Assembly (NCBI GenBank): GCA_963555755.3 | Contig: OY820905.2 | Coordinates: 320,001 to 384,000 of the forward strand | DNA from: Nitrospirales bacterium | GTDB taxonomy: Bacteria > Nitrospirota > Nitrospiria > Nitrospirales > UBA8639 | DNA: 64,000 nucleotides | Direction: 5' to 3' | Shown here: piece by piece, positions 19,750-30,084 of the stretch | Layout of the letters: each line of letters starts with the position of its first letter | Position numbering within the stretch: position 1 is the stretch's first letter | Program-made: the position numbers and the translations under genes | The notes under the pieces: generated by a model | What the model was told of the DNA's origin: nothing | Seen by the model: only the letters and a program-made list of their open reading frames with translations | The model's database searches: none

Positions 19750-19909
19750 GGGGTCAAGAAAGAGTCCAGACTTGACTTAATACTTTAACTTCCTTCTGGT
19801 CGCTTCGATGACATGGGCGCAATCGGTGTGTGAGAAAGTTGAGGTAGATTCTGAAGTTCGAACCGCGTGTGGCCATGGCTCAAAAGGTATTCACTCACAA
19901 CCTGCCCCC
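19750..19909. repeat. Mini-element copy E
   Basis: GGGGTCAAG...ACAACCTGCCCCC; last copy, at the right edge of the cassette region. Confidence 0.8.
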
Positions 19910-19924
19910 TGAACGGACCCTTAC

Positions 19925-20278
19925 ATGAGTGAATTTGTCGAATATCTCACGGAAGTGTTTGTTGATTTTGGACCGATTCAGACGCGGAAGATGTTTGGGG
20001 GCTACGGCATTTATCACCAGGGGGTCATGTTCGGACTCGTCGCGGATGACACGCTGTACTTGAAAGTTGATGATACCATTAAACCGTATTTTGCAACCAA
20101 AGGTTTACGCCAATTTGAATATGACAAAGGTGACAAGGTTGTGAAGATGTCCTACTATTTGGCACCCGATGACATTCTTGATGATCCGCAAGAAGCGGCA
20201 ATTTGGGCTCAGCGATCTTTTGATGTGGCCGCGAGGTTGAAGATCGCAACGATTCGGACCCGTCGCTATATTCCGTAG
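19925..20278 (+). CDS. TfoX N-terminal domain protein
   Basis: RKMFGGYGIY, LYLKVD and MSYY motifs. Confidence 0.85.
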   Translation: MSEFVEYLTEVFVDFGPIQTRKMFGGYGIYHQGVMFGLVADDTLYLKVDDTIKPYFATKGLRQFEYDKGDKVVKMSYYLAPDDILDDPQEAAIWAQRSFDVAARLKIATIRTRRYIP

Positions 20279-20287
20279 TCGTGACAC

Positions 20288-20770
20288 ATGAGGTGTGAGG
20301 AGGTTTTCGAGATGAGACATTTCGAGGAGCGTTTCAAAAATCTAGGAGTGTGTTTCTGTATGCTGCCGTTACTTGGTTGTACTGGTCTCCAGTTTCAACC
20401 TGCGACTCCAGAGGAAAACAAGGCGCTGGTATATCTGTATCAGCCCTCTGAATTTTTCCCTGATGGAGAGCACAATCTCGTGGCGGTGAATGAAAAAGTC
20501 GTGGCGGAGATTGAACCTGGATGTTATTTTGTTCTGGCGGTTTCCCCAGGTCGGATTTCCGTGACCCGAAAGCTGACGTCATCGTTTGGGCTGTTGTCGC
20601 CGAGTTCGCATATTGGCTGGTGGGAGGGTTTCGTCGAGATGGAAAATTTTGGAGCGAAGAGTGGACATCGATATTATATTCGTTTTCCCGAAGGGGTGTA
20701 TGTGGATGAAGAGGAGGAAGCTCTTGAAGAAATGGAGGAACTCAAACTGCTTGAGCCTTACCAGGAATAA
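20288..20770 (+). CDS. DUF2846-like lipoprotein
   Basis: Lipobox LLGC; ALVYLY and VSPG motifs. Confidence 0.6.
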   Translation: MRCEEVFEMRHFEERFKNLGVCFCMLPLLGCTGLQFQPATPEENKALVYLYQPSEFFPDGEHNLVAVNEKVVAEIEPGCYFVLAVSPGRISVTRKLTSSFGLLSPSSHIGWWEGFVEMENFGAKSGHRYYIRFPEGVYVDEEEEALEEMEELKLLEPYQE

Positions 20771-20854
20771 GGGTTGGAATTGCATCATAGCCCTGACCTA
20801 TTCACAACATATTTCTCGGCATACACTCTTTCACGGCCACGGTCCAAGGCGGAA

Positions 20855-21616
20855 ATGACTTTTGCTCTCACCCGACAGCCAGCTTTGTCGCTTGAGAATG
20901 GGGAAGTCACTCATGTTTCCCGTCAAAGCATCGATCTTCCGCTTGCGTTTCACCAACATGAAGCATATTGCCAGGCCTTACAACACATGGGAGTGGAGGT
21001 TGAACGACTTCCATCTGTAGAAGGTCATCCCGACAGTGTCTTTATCGAGGACAACGCGATTATCCTCGATGAACTGGCGGTGCTTTCTTCCATGGGCACT
21101 GTTTCACGGCAGGGTGAGATCGATTTCCTTCTTCCTGTTCTTTCCAGACATCGTAGTGTCGTTACGATATCACCACCTGCCCTACTTGAAGGCGGTGATG
21201 TGTGTTGTATTGGCACAACATTGTTGGTGGGAATTTCTTCTAGGACCAACTGGTTGGGAGCAGATGCTCTGCGAGCGATCGTGGAACCGTTCGGGTATCG
21301 AGTGACTCCCATTGAAATTCAAGGGTGCCTCCATCTGAAAACAGCATGTACACCTCTTGATGATAAGACGCTGTTGGTGAATCCGACTTGGCTGGACTTG
21401 GATGCCCTGAGACAGTTTCAGCTTGTGCGGGTACCATCCGCAGAACCGCTCGGCGCGAATGTGTTGCGCTTGCCTCAGGGAATTCTGGCAAATGCTGCAT
21501 TCCCAAGGACTCTCGATTTGATGAAGGCCGAAGGGCACACGGTCCGTGACATCGAAATAAGTGAGTTTTTCAAAGCTGAGGCTGGGCTGACATGTTTGAG
21601 CCTCATCTTTGATTGA
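20855..21616 (+). CDS. Dimethylarginine dimethylaminohydrolase (amidinotransferase family)
   Basis: PDSVFIED, LEGGDV, LHLKT and GLTCLS motifs. Confidence 0.9.
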   Translation: MTFALTRQPALSLENGEVTHVSRQSIDLPLAFHQHEAYCQALQHMGVEVERLPSVEGHPDSVFIEDNAIILDELAVLSSMGTVSRQGEIDFLLPVLSRHRSVVTISPPALLEGGDVCCIGTTLLVGISSRTNWLGADALRAIVEPFGYRVTPIEIQGCLHLKTACTPLDDKTLLVNPTWLDLDALRQFQLVRVPSAEPLGANVLRLPQGILANAAFPRTLDLMKAEGHTVRDIEISEFFKAEAGLTCLSLIFD

Positions 21617-21668
21617 GTGTGTATTGTGACATAAAGGCCTTTGTGTATGCCCCAAAAGGAGTCTTGCT

Positions 21669-22067
21669 GTGATACGAAGATCGTTGTTTGTCGTGTTCAT
21701 GTGGACCATTCTTTTTCTTCCGGTCGCCTATGGTGAAAATCCCGACAATTCTATTTCTGTGACGGCCACGGATTTTCAATTTAGGCCGAATACCTGGAGC
21801 ATTGCTTCGGGCCAGGACATAGCCCTTTCTTTTACCAATAACGGCGTGCAAGAGCATGAATGGGTATTACTCAAACAGGGAACTGAAGTGACTCTACCCT
21901 TTAATGACGATGACGAAGAAAAAGTCTTCTGGGAATTGGAAACCGGTCCTGGTGCAACCAAAGTAGGAATATTTACTGCTCCACCTCAATCCGGCACCTA
22001 CACTATTGTCTGTGGAAAACCTCGACATATTGAACGGGGAATGACCGCTACTCTGATCGTCCAGTAA
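21669..22067 (+). CDS. Secreted cupredoxin-domain protein
   Basis: HEW ... CGKPRHIERGM type-1 copper ligands. Confidence 0.8.
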   Translation: MIRRSLFVVFMWTILFLPVAYGENPDNSISVTATDFQFRPNTWSIASGQDIALSFTNNGVQEHEWVLLKQGTEVTLPFNDDDEEKVFWELETGPGATKVGIFTAPPQSGTYTIVCGKPRHIERGMTATLIVQ

Positions 22068-22436
22068 TGTGTTCTTCTTTTGTGGGATGACGGACCCTAA
22101 GGATCCACCGGCCGCACCTCTTCTCGGTTTTGCGATTTTCGCTATTCGCTATATATTGCCTGAACGATCAACGAATTGAGGATTCACAATCGTTCTTCGT
22201 CCAGATCAATAGCATCGACCCATCTTGTGACTGTGGGCAGTTGGTCCACAGTCACCCCACGTATTTCGGCAATGCCGGCAAGTAAGGCGTTCAAGTGGGC
22301 TCCATTTCATTTTTCGGTTCTCCATTAACAACCATGTCATTCCATTGGTCTTTATCTTCCGGGGTCAATGCCATGCCATGCCCCTTGTACCCAGAAGGCA
22401 GGTTGAAGTGTTATTTGGCAAGGTCGTGGATGCTAT

Positions 22437-22452
22437 GGGCATGGGGTTTGCT
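22437..22452 (+). promoter_or_regulatory. Candidate sigma-54 promoter
   Basis: GGGCATGGGGTTTGCT = GG-N10-GC, about 95 bp upstream of the STAS gene. Confidence 0.4.
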
Positions 22453-22547
22453 AGATTAGAGTGTGATACGAATGGAAAAGGTTATTTCCATTCATTAACA
22501 CCTTTTACACGTTGATTCAATGACCTTTTTCTCATAGAGGAGGAAGT

Positions 22548-22880
22548 ATGGAAATTTCTGGTTACTGGGAAAAAGATGCCCGGGTGATTGCCGTGTCAGG
22601 GTCAATTGACCCATCGGAATGGGTTGTCCTGACTGCGGCGTTTCTGGCTGCACAGATTGCCCAGCGTCGACACATTGTTTTGAATTTAAGCAAAATGGAT
22701 GGTGCGGAACCCTGGGTTGTCGTGAAATTGTTTACGTCATATCTTCAACTTCGGCAACAGGGCATTCGTTTGAGTCTTGTGAATCCCCAACCTTTCCTAC
22801 GTAGGAAATTAGAACCAACCAATATCCCCGCCTTTGTTGACTACTTCTCTAGCGACCTAGAAGCCTTGAAGGCCGCATAA
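22548..22880 (+). CDS. STAS-domain (anti-anti-sigma-like) protein
   Basis: VIAVSGSID, IVLNLSKM, LSLVNPQ; RBS GAGGAGG. Confidence 0.7.
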   Translation: MEISGYWEKDARVIAVSGSIDPSEWVVLTAAFLAAQIAQRRHIVLNLSKMDGAEPWVVVKLFTSYLQLRQQGIRLSLVNPQPFLRRKLEPTNIPAFVDYFSSDLEALKAA

Positions 22881-23014
22881 TCCTTTGAATATTGGGAATG
22901 TTGAAAAAAGCCGCCAGCGGCGTTCTCGCCCTTTTGCCGTGCTCACGTACTATGAGTACGCTCCGCTCGTCAAAAAGGCTGCGGCCTTGCTGGATAGACC
23001 CTTCGGAAAGACTC

Positions 23015-24224
<1,210 letters not shown>

Positions 24225-24360
24225 GGCATGCTTTTTTGAACATTCCCTCCCACTGACGATGCGTGGCTCATCTGGAGCTTTTTGGGGCTGTTGGAGTGCA
24301 ATATTCAACAGGCCCATATTGGACGAGTTGTACGTAGGAGAGGTTGCCTACTTGATTTAT

Positions 24361-24501
24361 GGGCACCTCTAAAAACCGTCCTTTTCCGTGATGGCGGCGT
24401 CAGCCGCGTGCTCAAATCCTCATGTATTCGCCCATACACTCCGGTTTTCCGCGCGCGGCTTCCTTGCCCTCACAAAAAATGCCTGGTTTTTAGAGGTGCC
24501 C
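24361..24501. mobile_element. 141-bp MITE, copy 3
   Basis: Same IR and body as copies 1 and 2. Confidence 0.9.
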
Positions 24502-24701
24502 TTAACTGTAAAAACAAATTTCCCTTGATCTGTTTTTACCTTTCACAATGATTGTTGAGCAAAAATGGTCGTTGGGGTTACTGGATGTCGGAATACAAGA
24601 GGACGGAGAAATTCGACAATTACTGAAAGATCGATGGGTGGTTCGTGGAAATTTTGTTGCGCTGCTGTTACACCTACCGTACACTCGATTGCAGGTCTAC
24701 T

Positions 24702-25877
24702 ATGACACTTGATGTACTGAAAAAAAGTATCCATGAGAAATCCAACGCGAATTTGGGTGTGTATATTCACATTCCCTTTTGTCGTGTGCGATGCCAGTTC
24801 TGTGCGTTTTATGTGCAGACGTATCGAGATGAAAAGGTGGAGGCTTTTCTTGACGGGTTGGATCGAGAAATCCCACTGTATGGGCGAGAGATGGGTTTTG
24901 AAAATATTTCTGTCACTTCTGTGTATTTTGGTGGGGGGACGCCGACGGTATTGTCGTCTCGGCAATTGGGTCATGTGTTGGATGAAATCCGAAAATGGTT
25001 CGTGGTTGCGGCTGATGCCGAAATATCCCTGGAAGCCCACCCAGGAACGGTCGATCAACAGAGCTTAAACATGCTGCGTTCGAGAGGATTCAATCGGCTT
25101 AGCATTGGAGCTCAATCCTTTGATGACCAAGAACTCCTCCAGTTAAGTGGGCGATCAACGCGCCGGACCACGCAAACAGCGATGGAATCTGCTCGACAGG
25201 CTGGGTTTGAAAATATCAGCTTGGATTTGATGTATGGGTTTCCCGGACATACCGCCGATTCTTGGGAGCAGACAGTAGATGCCACCATTGCCTTAGCCCC
25301 GACTCATCTTTCCTGTTATGCTTTTACTGTCGAGGAAGGTTCGCATTTGTACGATAAGGTCAAGCATGGAACGGCTTGCCCACCGGATGAGGCCGTTCAA
25401 GCCCGTCTAGCGATGCTCACCGGTGAATATCTTAGGGCAGCTGGGTATGAACAGTATGAAATTTCAAATTTTTGCCAATCTGGCTTTGCCTGCCGACATA
25501 ATCTTCGTTATTGGCAAGGTGAATCCTATCTTGGGTTAGGTCCTAGCAGCCAGTCTTTTGTGAGTGGAGTGCGGTTTGGAAATGTGGCGGATCTGGATTC
25601 CTATTGCCTCGCACTCATTCAGAAAGAATTACCCATTGACCATTTGGAAGCGCTCAACACACAGGAAATCCAACGTGAGCAAATTGTCTTTGGGCTGAGG
25701 ACAATGAGAGGCGTGCTTCGCGATCAGGTTGGATATCTGTCAGAGAGGGATGTCGGGTGGGCTAGGGCTTTCAGTGGTCTGAAAGTGCAGGGTTTGCTCG
25801 TTGAGGAAGAGGGGTATGTGCGATTAACGGAAAAAGGTATCCAGTTTGCGGATACGGTTGCTGTGGCATTGATTTAA
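24702..25877 (+). CDS. hemW: Radical SAM heme chaperone HemW (HemN-like)
   Basis: YIHIPFCRVRCQFCAF, YFGGGTP, YEISNF and HNLRYW motifs. Confidence 0.88.
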   Translation: MTLDVLKKSIHEKSNANLGVYIHIPFCRVRCQFCAFYVQTYRDEKVEAFLDGLDREIPLYGREMGFENISVTSVYFGGGTPTVLSSRQLGHVLDEIRKWFVVAADAEISLEAHPGTVDQQSLNMLRSRGFNRLSIGAQSFDDQELLQLSGRSTRRTTQTAMESARQAGFENISLDLMYGFPGHTADSWEQTVDATIALAPTHLSCYAFTVEEGSHLYDKVKHGTACPPDEAVQARLAMLTGEYLRAAGYEQYEISNFCQSGFACRHNLRYWQGESYLGLGPSSQSFVSGVRFGNVADLDSYCLALIQKELPIDHLEALNTQEIQREQIVFGLRTMRGVLRDQVGYLSERDVGWARAFSGLKVQGLLVEEEGYVRLTEKGIQFADTVAVALI

Positions 25878-25966
25878 GACCTATGACCTTCCTGAAAGAG
25901 ATGGCGTGAGGCGAAAGGGTGTGGAAAAATTAGGTTTGTCTACCGGTTCACGATTTTCCCACCCCG

Positions 25967-26275
25967 TTAATTTTGGTCAGGCTGACTGACTTCTTTCGAA
26001 TCTTCTTGGTCAATCGTTAGACAGTGAGTGTCAAGCCAGCTTCCAGAACACTCCAACACTTCACGAACCATGGTTTCAGGGTGTTTCGTCCGTCGAATGG
26101 TCCATTGGCACACGTATTCCAGCAAATGTTGACGGTCAAATTTTTTGGTAGATGTTTTGGCTAAGGAAGCGAGTTCTTCCATCCCGGTTTGAACAATATC
26201 CTCTACCACATCATGACTATATGATGTGCGGGTGGTCACGTATTGAGTTATTCGTTGAATTTCCTGTTGATTCAT
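25967..26275 (-). CDS. Small hypothetical protein with internal helical repeat
   Basis: Clean ORF convergent with hemW. Confidence 0.6.
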   Translation of the reverse strand: MNQQEIQRITQYVTTRTSYSHDVVEDIVQTGMEELASLAKTSTKKFDRQHLLEYVCQWTIRRTKHPETMVREVLECSGSWLDTHCLTIDQEDSKEVSQPDQN

Positions 26276-26548
26276 AGTTACAAAGCCGTTGGGATGATAG
26301 GATTAGGCAAATGTTTCAGTCTTGATGGTGAAGGCTCATTCTAAATGGTTCATCGTGAACCCCACAACGTTACTTTTATCCTTATCTTTTCATTCTACTT
26401 ATATGCACATTTATTAGGCATTTTGCTTTGATAGGCATGGTTTCTAGGTCGATGGTTTTTATAAACAAGGTTATCCACATTTGATTAACAGTTTTTGGGG
26501 ACATGATTTTTTGTGAAAGTTTTCATTCCTTTTATTGATTGAAAGTAA

Positions 26549-27997
26549 CTACTCAGGTGTGATGATCTTTGTAGTGAATTGTGCAGGCATAAAGGGGTGG
26601 CCGATCATGGCTTGTGAAATGGCTTGCAGCATGTTGCCGCCCTGCTTTCTCGCGGTAGAAAGGTAGCTTCGTATGCGGGCGAACTGCCTCGCGCCTTGAA
26701 GCGTTCGAAAACACCCGGATATTTTGAGGCGGAGCTTGATCATGCGGATATCCTGTTCTGCCAGATTATTAGTGAAGGGAACCTGTCTGTCATGGAGGAA
26801 CGCGAGCACGGAGGCTTCATGCTCGCCAAGACGGGTGAGGAGATTTTGGGCCTTGGTCTTTTTGGGCCGGCCTCGTGACTTTTTCTGTGGCGGTGCCGGA
26901 AGGGGGTTGGCCTGCCATCCGAGGGTGAGAAGATCCCTGTATTGTTTCAGCCAGGGGGTTTTCTGTTCTTCCGTTAACTGTGCGAGTTGCTTGCTGACAA
27001 ACACGTTCATCGTCAGCAACAGGTCAAACATGTGTTTGGCCCATGGTTGTTCGTGCTGCTCGAACAGGCACGTGAGTTCCCGCAAATGATGGGCGTTACA
27101 GAGGCCGTGGGCACAGTCATAGGAGAGATAGGGTTTCCAGAAATCGTGGATCAGGCGGCCAGCAAAATCCGGGAGGATCTGGAACTGCTCGATCGCCTCT
27201 CTTCCCCGTTTGGCGTGCACACCGTAAAAGGTCAACGTGGCCGTGCTGGCACTGTGGAGCCAGTGGAGCGTCCCGGCCGTGCGGACGCCGCTTTCATCGG
27301 CATGGAGGATGGGACTCTTGCCGAGCGCTTCTTTGACCGCAGTCTCGAACGGCGCGAGGTGCTCATAACTTCGGCGGGAGGCCTCGTCAATGGTGGCGTC
27401 GCTGACCGAGGCGCCATACAGATCAGCCATCATCTGGCTGACACGGCGTAAGGGGATCAACTGTTGGTTCTGGAGGTAGACCAGGAGGCTGCGAAATCTG
27501 GGACCGTACTGTGCCGGCGCAGGCAGGTCATCAGGAAATGACGCCGTGACCGAGCGGCCGCATTGGGGGCAGGTTTTGATTGCTCCCCGATATTCGGTGA
27601 CGTCGAGTTTTGGCTCCGGCAGTTCAAAGAGCTGCCGGCGTTCATAGCCGGTGACCGTCTCGTTGGTGAGGTCGGCATGGCAGGAACAGGAGTGAACAGG
27701 CAGGTGGACCAGGTGGTCTGGGGTTTCCACCTGTTTTAACGTCTGGCCGGCATGTCCCTGTTGGCCGCCCGGCTTTTTCCCGGAAGGTATGCGCAGGCTC
27801 TTGGTTCGGGGCTTGGCCGGTCCATCGGACGAGGGCGGTTTGCTGCTGTTGCGACTGTGTTGGTCGAGCCGCTGTGCCAGTTCGGTGACATGCGTGGTCA
27901 GCGCCTGCCCCTGTTCCTGCAGCGCCAGGATCAGTTCGACGAGCGCCTCGGGGTTGCTCTTGGCCAGGATGAGGAGTGCGTCGCGGGTGAAGGTCAT
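26549..27997 (-). CDS. IS66 transposase (TnpC)
   Basis: SRNSSKPPSSD, GGQQGH, LHADES, LCNAHHLRE and FTNNLAEQDIR motifs. Confidence 0.92.
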   Translation of the reverse strand: MTFTRDALLILAKSNPEALVELILALQEQGQALTTHVTELAQRLDQHSRNSSKPPSSDGPAKPRTKSLRIPSGKKPGGQQGHAGQTLKQVETPDHLVHLPVHSCSCHADLTNETVTGYERRQLFELPEPKLDVTEYRGAIKTCPQCGRSVTASFPDDLPAPAQYGPRFRSLLVYLQNQQLIPLRRVSQMMADLYGASVSDATIDEASRRSYEHLAPFETAVKEALGKSPILHADESGVRTAGTLHWLHSASTATLTFYGVHAKRGREAIEQFQILPDFAGRLIHDFWKPYLSYDCAHGLCNAHHLRELTCLFEQHEQPWAKHMFDLLLTMNVFVSKQLAQLTEEQKTPWLKQYRDLLTLGWQANPLPAPPQKKSRGRPKKTKAQNLLTRLGEHEASVLAFLHDRQVPFTNNLAEQDIRMIKLRLKISGCFRTLQGARQFARIRSYLSTARKQGGNMLQAISQAMIGHPFMPAQFTTKIITPE

Positions 27998-28881
27998 GGC
28001 TTGCTCCGGCAGAGGGCCTGTCGGAAGTGGCGGATGAGGGGATAGAGATAAATTGCCTTCACCGGCACGCGCAGAGCCTTGTCACGGTCCTGCCGGGACC
28101 GGCCTTTGGTCTGCCCGACATAGAGCCAGTTCGCGGCCTGATAGCAGATACCTTTGAAGCGGTCTCGCTCCACAAAGGTCTCCACCAAGTGGACGGGATG
28201 GCCGTATTTCTCGATCCAGTCCTGCCGGAGACGTCTCATGACCCGGCCCAGGAGATGGCTGGCCAGATGCGGCACACGCACCCAGGGCAGGATGAGAAAG
28301 CGGGTATTGTTGGTCATGAAGTTGAGGTTGGCGGCTCGGGTGTCCGGCTCCCAGCCGATAAAGGTGTCGCGCGGGGTGGTTTTCCAGGCGGCGGAACCGA
28401 AGAGGAGGCAGGCCAGATCCTGCCCGGAGCGATCCCGCACCAGGTACTTGAGATGTTCACCGACCGTTCGGGTGAACCCGAGGTAGTGATGGTGGCTCAG
28501 GTAATATCCCACACAACTGGCTTCGTAGGAATGTGAGGTTGGAATATGAATGGACAGGGGCGTCAGGGTCTTGAGAGCTGCGTCGATGTGCGGGGCTTCG
28601 GGAGGCATAAACCCCTTTCGGAAAGGGGGGAAGATGTTGCGTCGAGAGGCGACACGAATCGGGGGCAGCTTCAGGAGCCCGCGATGTTCGAGTTTGTCGA
28701 TCATGCTGCGGGCGGCAAAGGTTTTCAGTTGTCCGGACGGGGTCTGCCAGCCCCAGTGCCGACAAATATGCTGGGTTATTTTATGGCGGCTCCAGTCAGG
28801 GTGCCGGCAAACCAGATGGCGTAACCAGCACAGATCAGATTGGGGGAGGCGACGACCTTGACATGTAATCGCTTCATTCAT
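27994..28881 (-). CDS. DUF4338 / DruA-like protein
   Basis: HHYLG, RDTFIGW, NNTRFLILPW, LASH, ETFV and GICYQAANW motifs; ATGA overlap with the transposase. Confidence 0.8.
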   Translation of the reverse strand: MNEAITCQGRRLPQSDLCWLRHLVCRHPDWSRHKITQHICRHWGWQTPSGQLKTFAARSMIDKLEHRGLLKLPPIRVASRRNIFPPFRKGFMPPEAPHIDAALKTLTPLSIHIPTSHSYEASCVGYYLSHHHYLGFTRTVGEHLKYLVRDRSGQDLACLLFGSAAWKTTPRDTFIGWEPDTRAANLNFMTNNTRFLILPWVRVPHLASHLLGRVMRRLRQDWIEKYGHPVHLVETFVERDRFKGICYQAANWLYVGQTKGRSRQDRDKALRVPVKAIYLYPLIRHFRQALCRSKP

Positions 28882-29225
28882 GGCCCCGATTATGCCATGG
28901 GTGGAGCCGTTAGTCCAGAAAAAAATCAGGCTATAGAAAATTGACCTGAGTAGTTACGATTGAAATAAAAGTAATGGTTGAAGTTAAATTACATTCATTA
29001 TATTTTACAGTGTGATTGGTTATTGAAAAGGCTTTAACCTTTGCTTGAATTGATGAATCGAGTGTCATGAAAATAAAAGTATGACTTGAATGGCGAAATG
29101 GGTACGTTTGGCTGTTATCCACAGTATTGAATGGGGTAATTTTACTAACGGTTTCGAATAATGGCATGCGGAGCATGCGGACTGATGAATGTTTGTGTTG
29201 GCATTCCTGTTTATTTCCAAAGTGG

Positions 29226-29753
29226 TCATGAGGATGCACCAAGCTGCCAAATAGTCTGAATTCCCAAAACGATGAGAGTAAAGGTTCCCCCAACTAACAG
29301 AAATAGGAAAACAAGAAGTCCGATCACAAAAATCCAATCGCTGGTAGTTGCGCGGGTTGTGGTTTGGGTGGTATAGCGGCGCAACAATTGTGCATTGATT
29401 TGGTTGCTTCGAAACCAAATGGAAAATAGATCCCCAAGCCCAGGAATGGCGCCAATCACGGTATTGATCCCCACATTGAGCGCCATTCGGGCTAGGACGA
29501 TTTTTGGAACATGCAGTTGAGCAGCAAAAAACAGGATTGAGGAGCCAATGAGGTTGGCGATGATATCGCCTATTCCTGGCACGAGGCCCAAGAGGGGATC
29601 GAGGCCGATACGAATCCGAGTCCCAGGAATGCAAAAGGCAGAGTCGAGTAAACGGGCGATGAACTCGGCAAAGGCTCGAACTTGTTCTCGATCTGATTCT
29701 TCCTCAAGAACGGGTTCAACCGTGGGCCTTCTATATTGAGTATGATCGTCCAA
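29226..29753 (-). CDS. DUF4112 membrane protein
   Basis: LLDSAFCIPGTRIRIGLDPLLGLVPGIGD. Confidence 0.85.
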   Translation of the reverse strand: MDDHTQYRRPTVEPVLEEESDREQVRAFAEFIARLLDSAFCIPGTRIRIGLDPLLGLVPGIGDIIANLIGSSILFFAAQLHVPKIVLARMALNVGINTVIGAIPGLGDLFSIWFRSNQINAQLLRRYTTQTTTRATTSDWIFVIGLLVFLFLLVGGTFTLIVLGIQTIWQLGASS

Positions 29754-30084
29754 GAGGTTCTTCCTATTTTGGCATCTCGTACCTAGGAGCCTGTCCCAGA
29801 TTAGACGAATTTACTGTGGGTGTGCTGGATTTGGCCAGATCTTCCGATCCTTTTCGTTGAATAGCCCAACTGTCGGGTCTAGGTTGAAGCTGACTCGAAA
29901 TTAGATTTAACAAATCAGGCTTCCTGGAAATTGTCAAGGGGGTCTTGGTCTGGTTTCATTTCCAATATGGAGTAAGGGGGTGAGGAGTGAAAAGCAAAGA
30001 GTCCTTTGGTATCCAGCTCCTTCCTCCTGACTCCCTACTGATTCTTTCCCTGGAAATGCGTAACTATTTCATGAGTGCTATTCA

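Larger units (their letters stand above)
26545..28957 (-). mobile_element. IS66-family IS carrying a DUF4338 gene
   Basis: 14-bp IR GTAACTACTCAGGT; 8-bp TSD GATTGAAA. Confidence 0.93.

Noticed and set aside
29786..29924. Possible MITE (GGAGCCTG...CAGGCTTCC)
   Set aside because: Single copy with weak IRs and no TSD.
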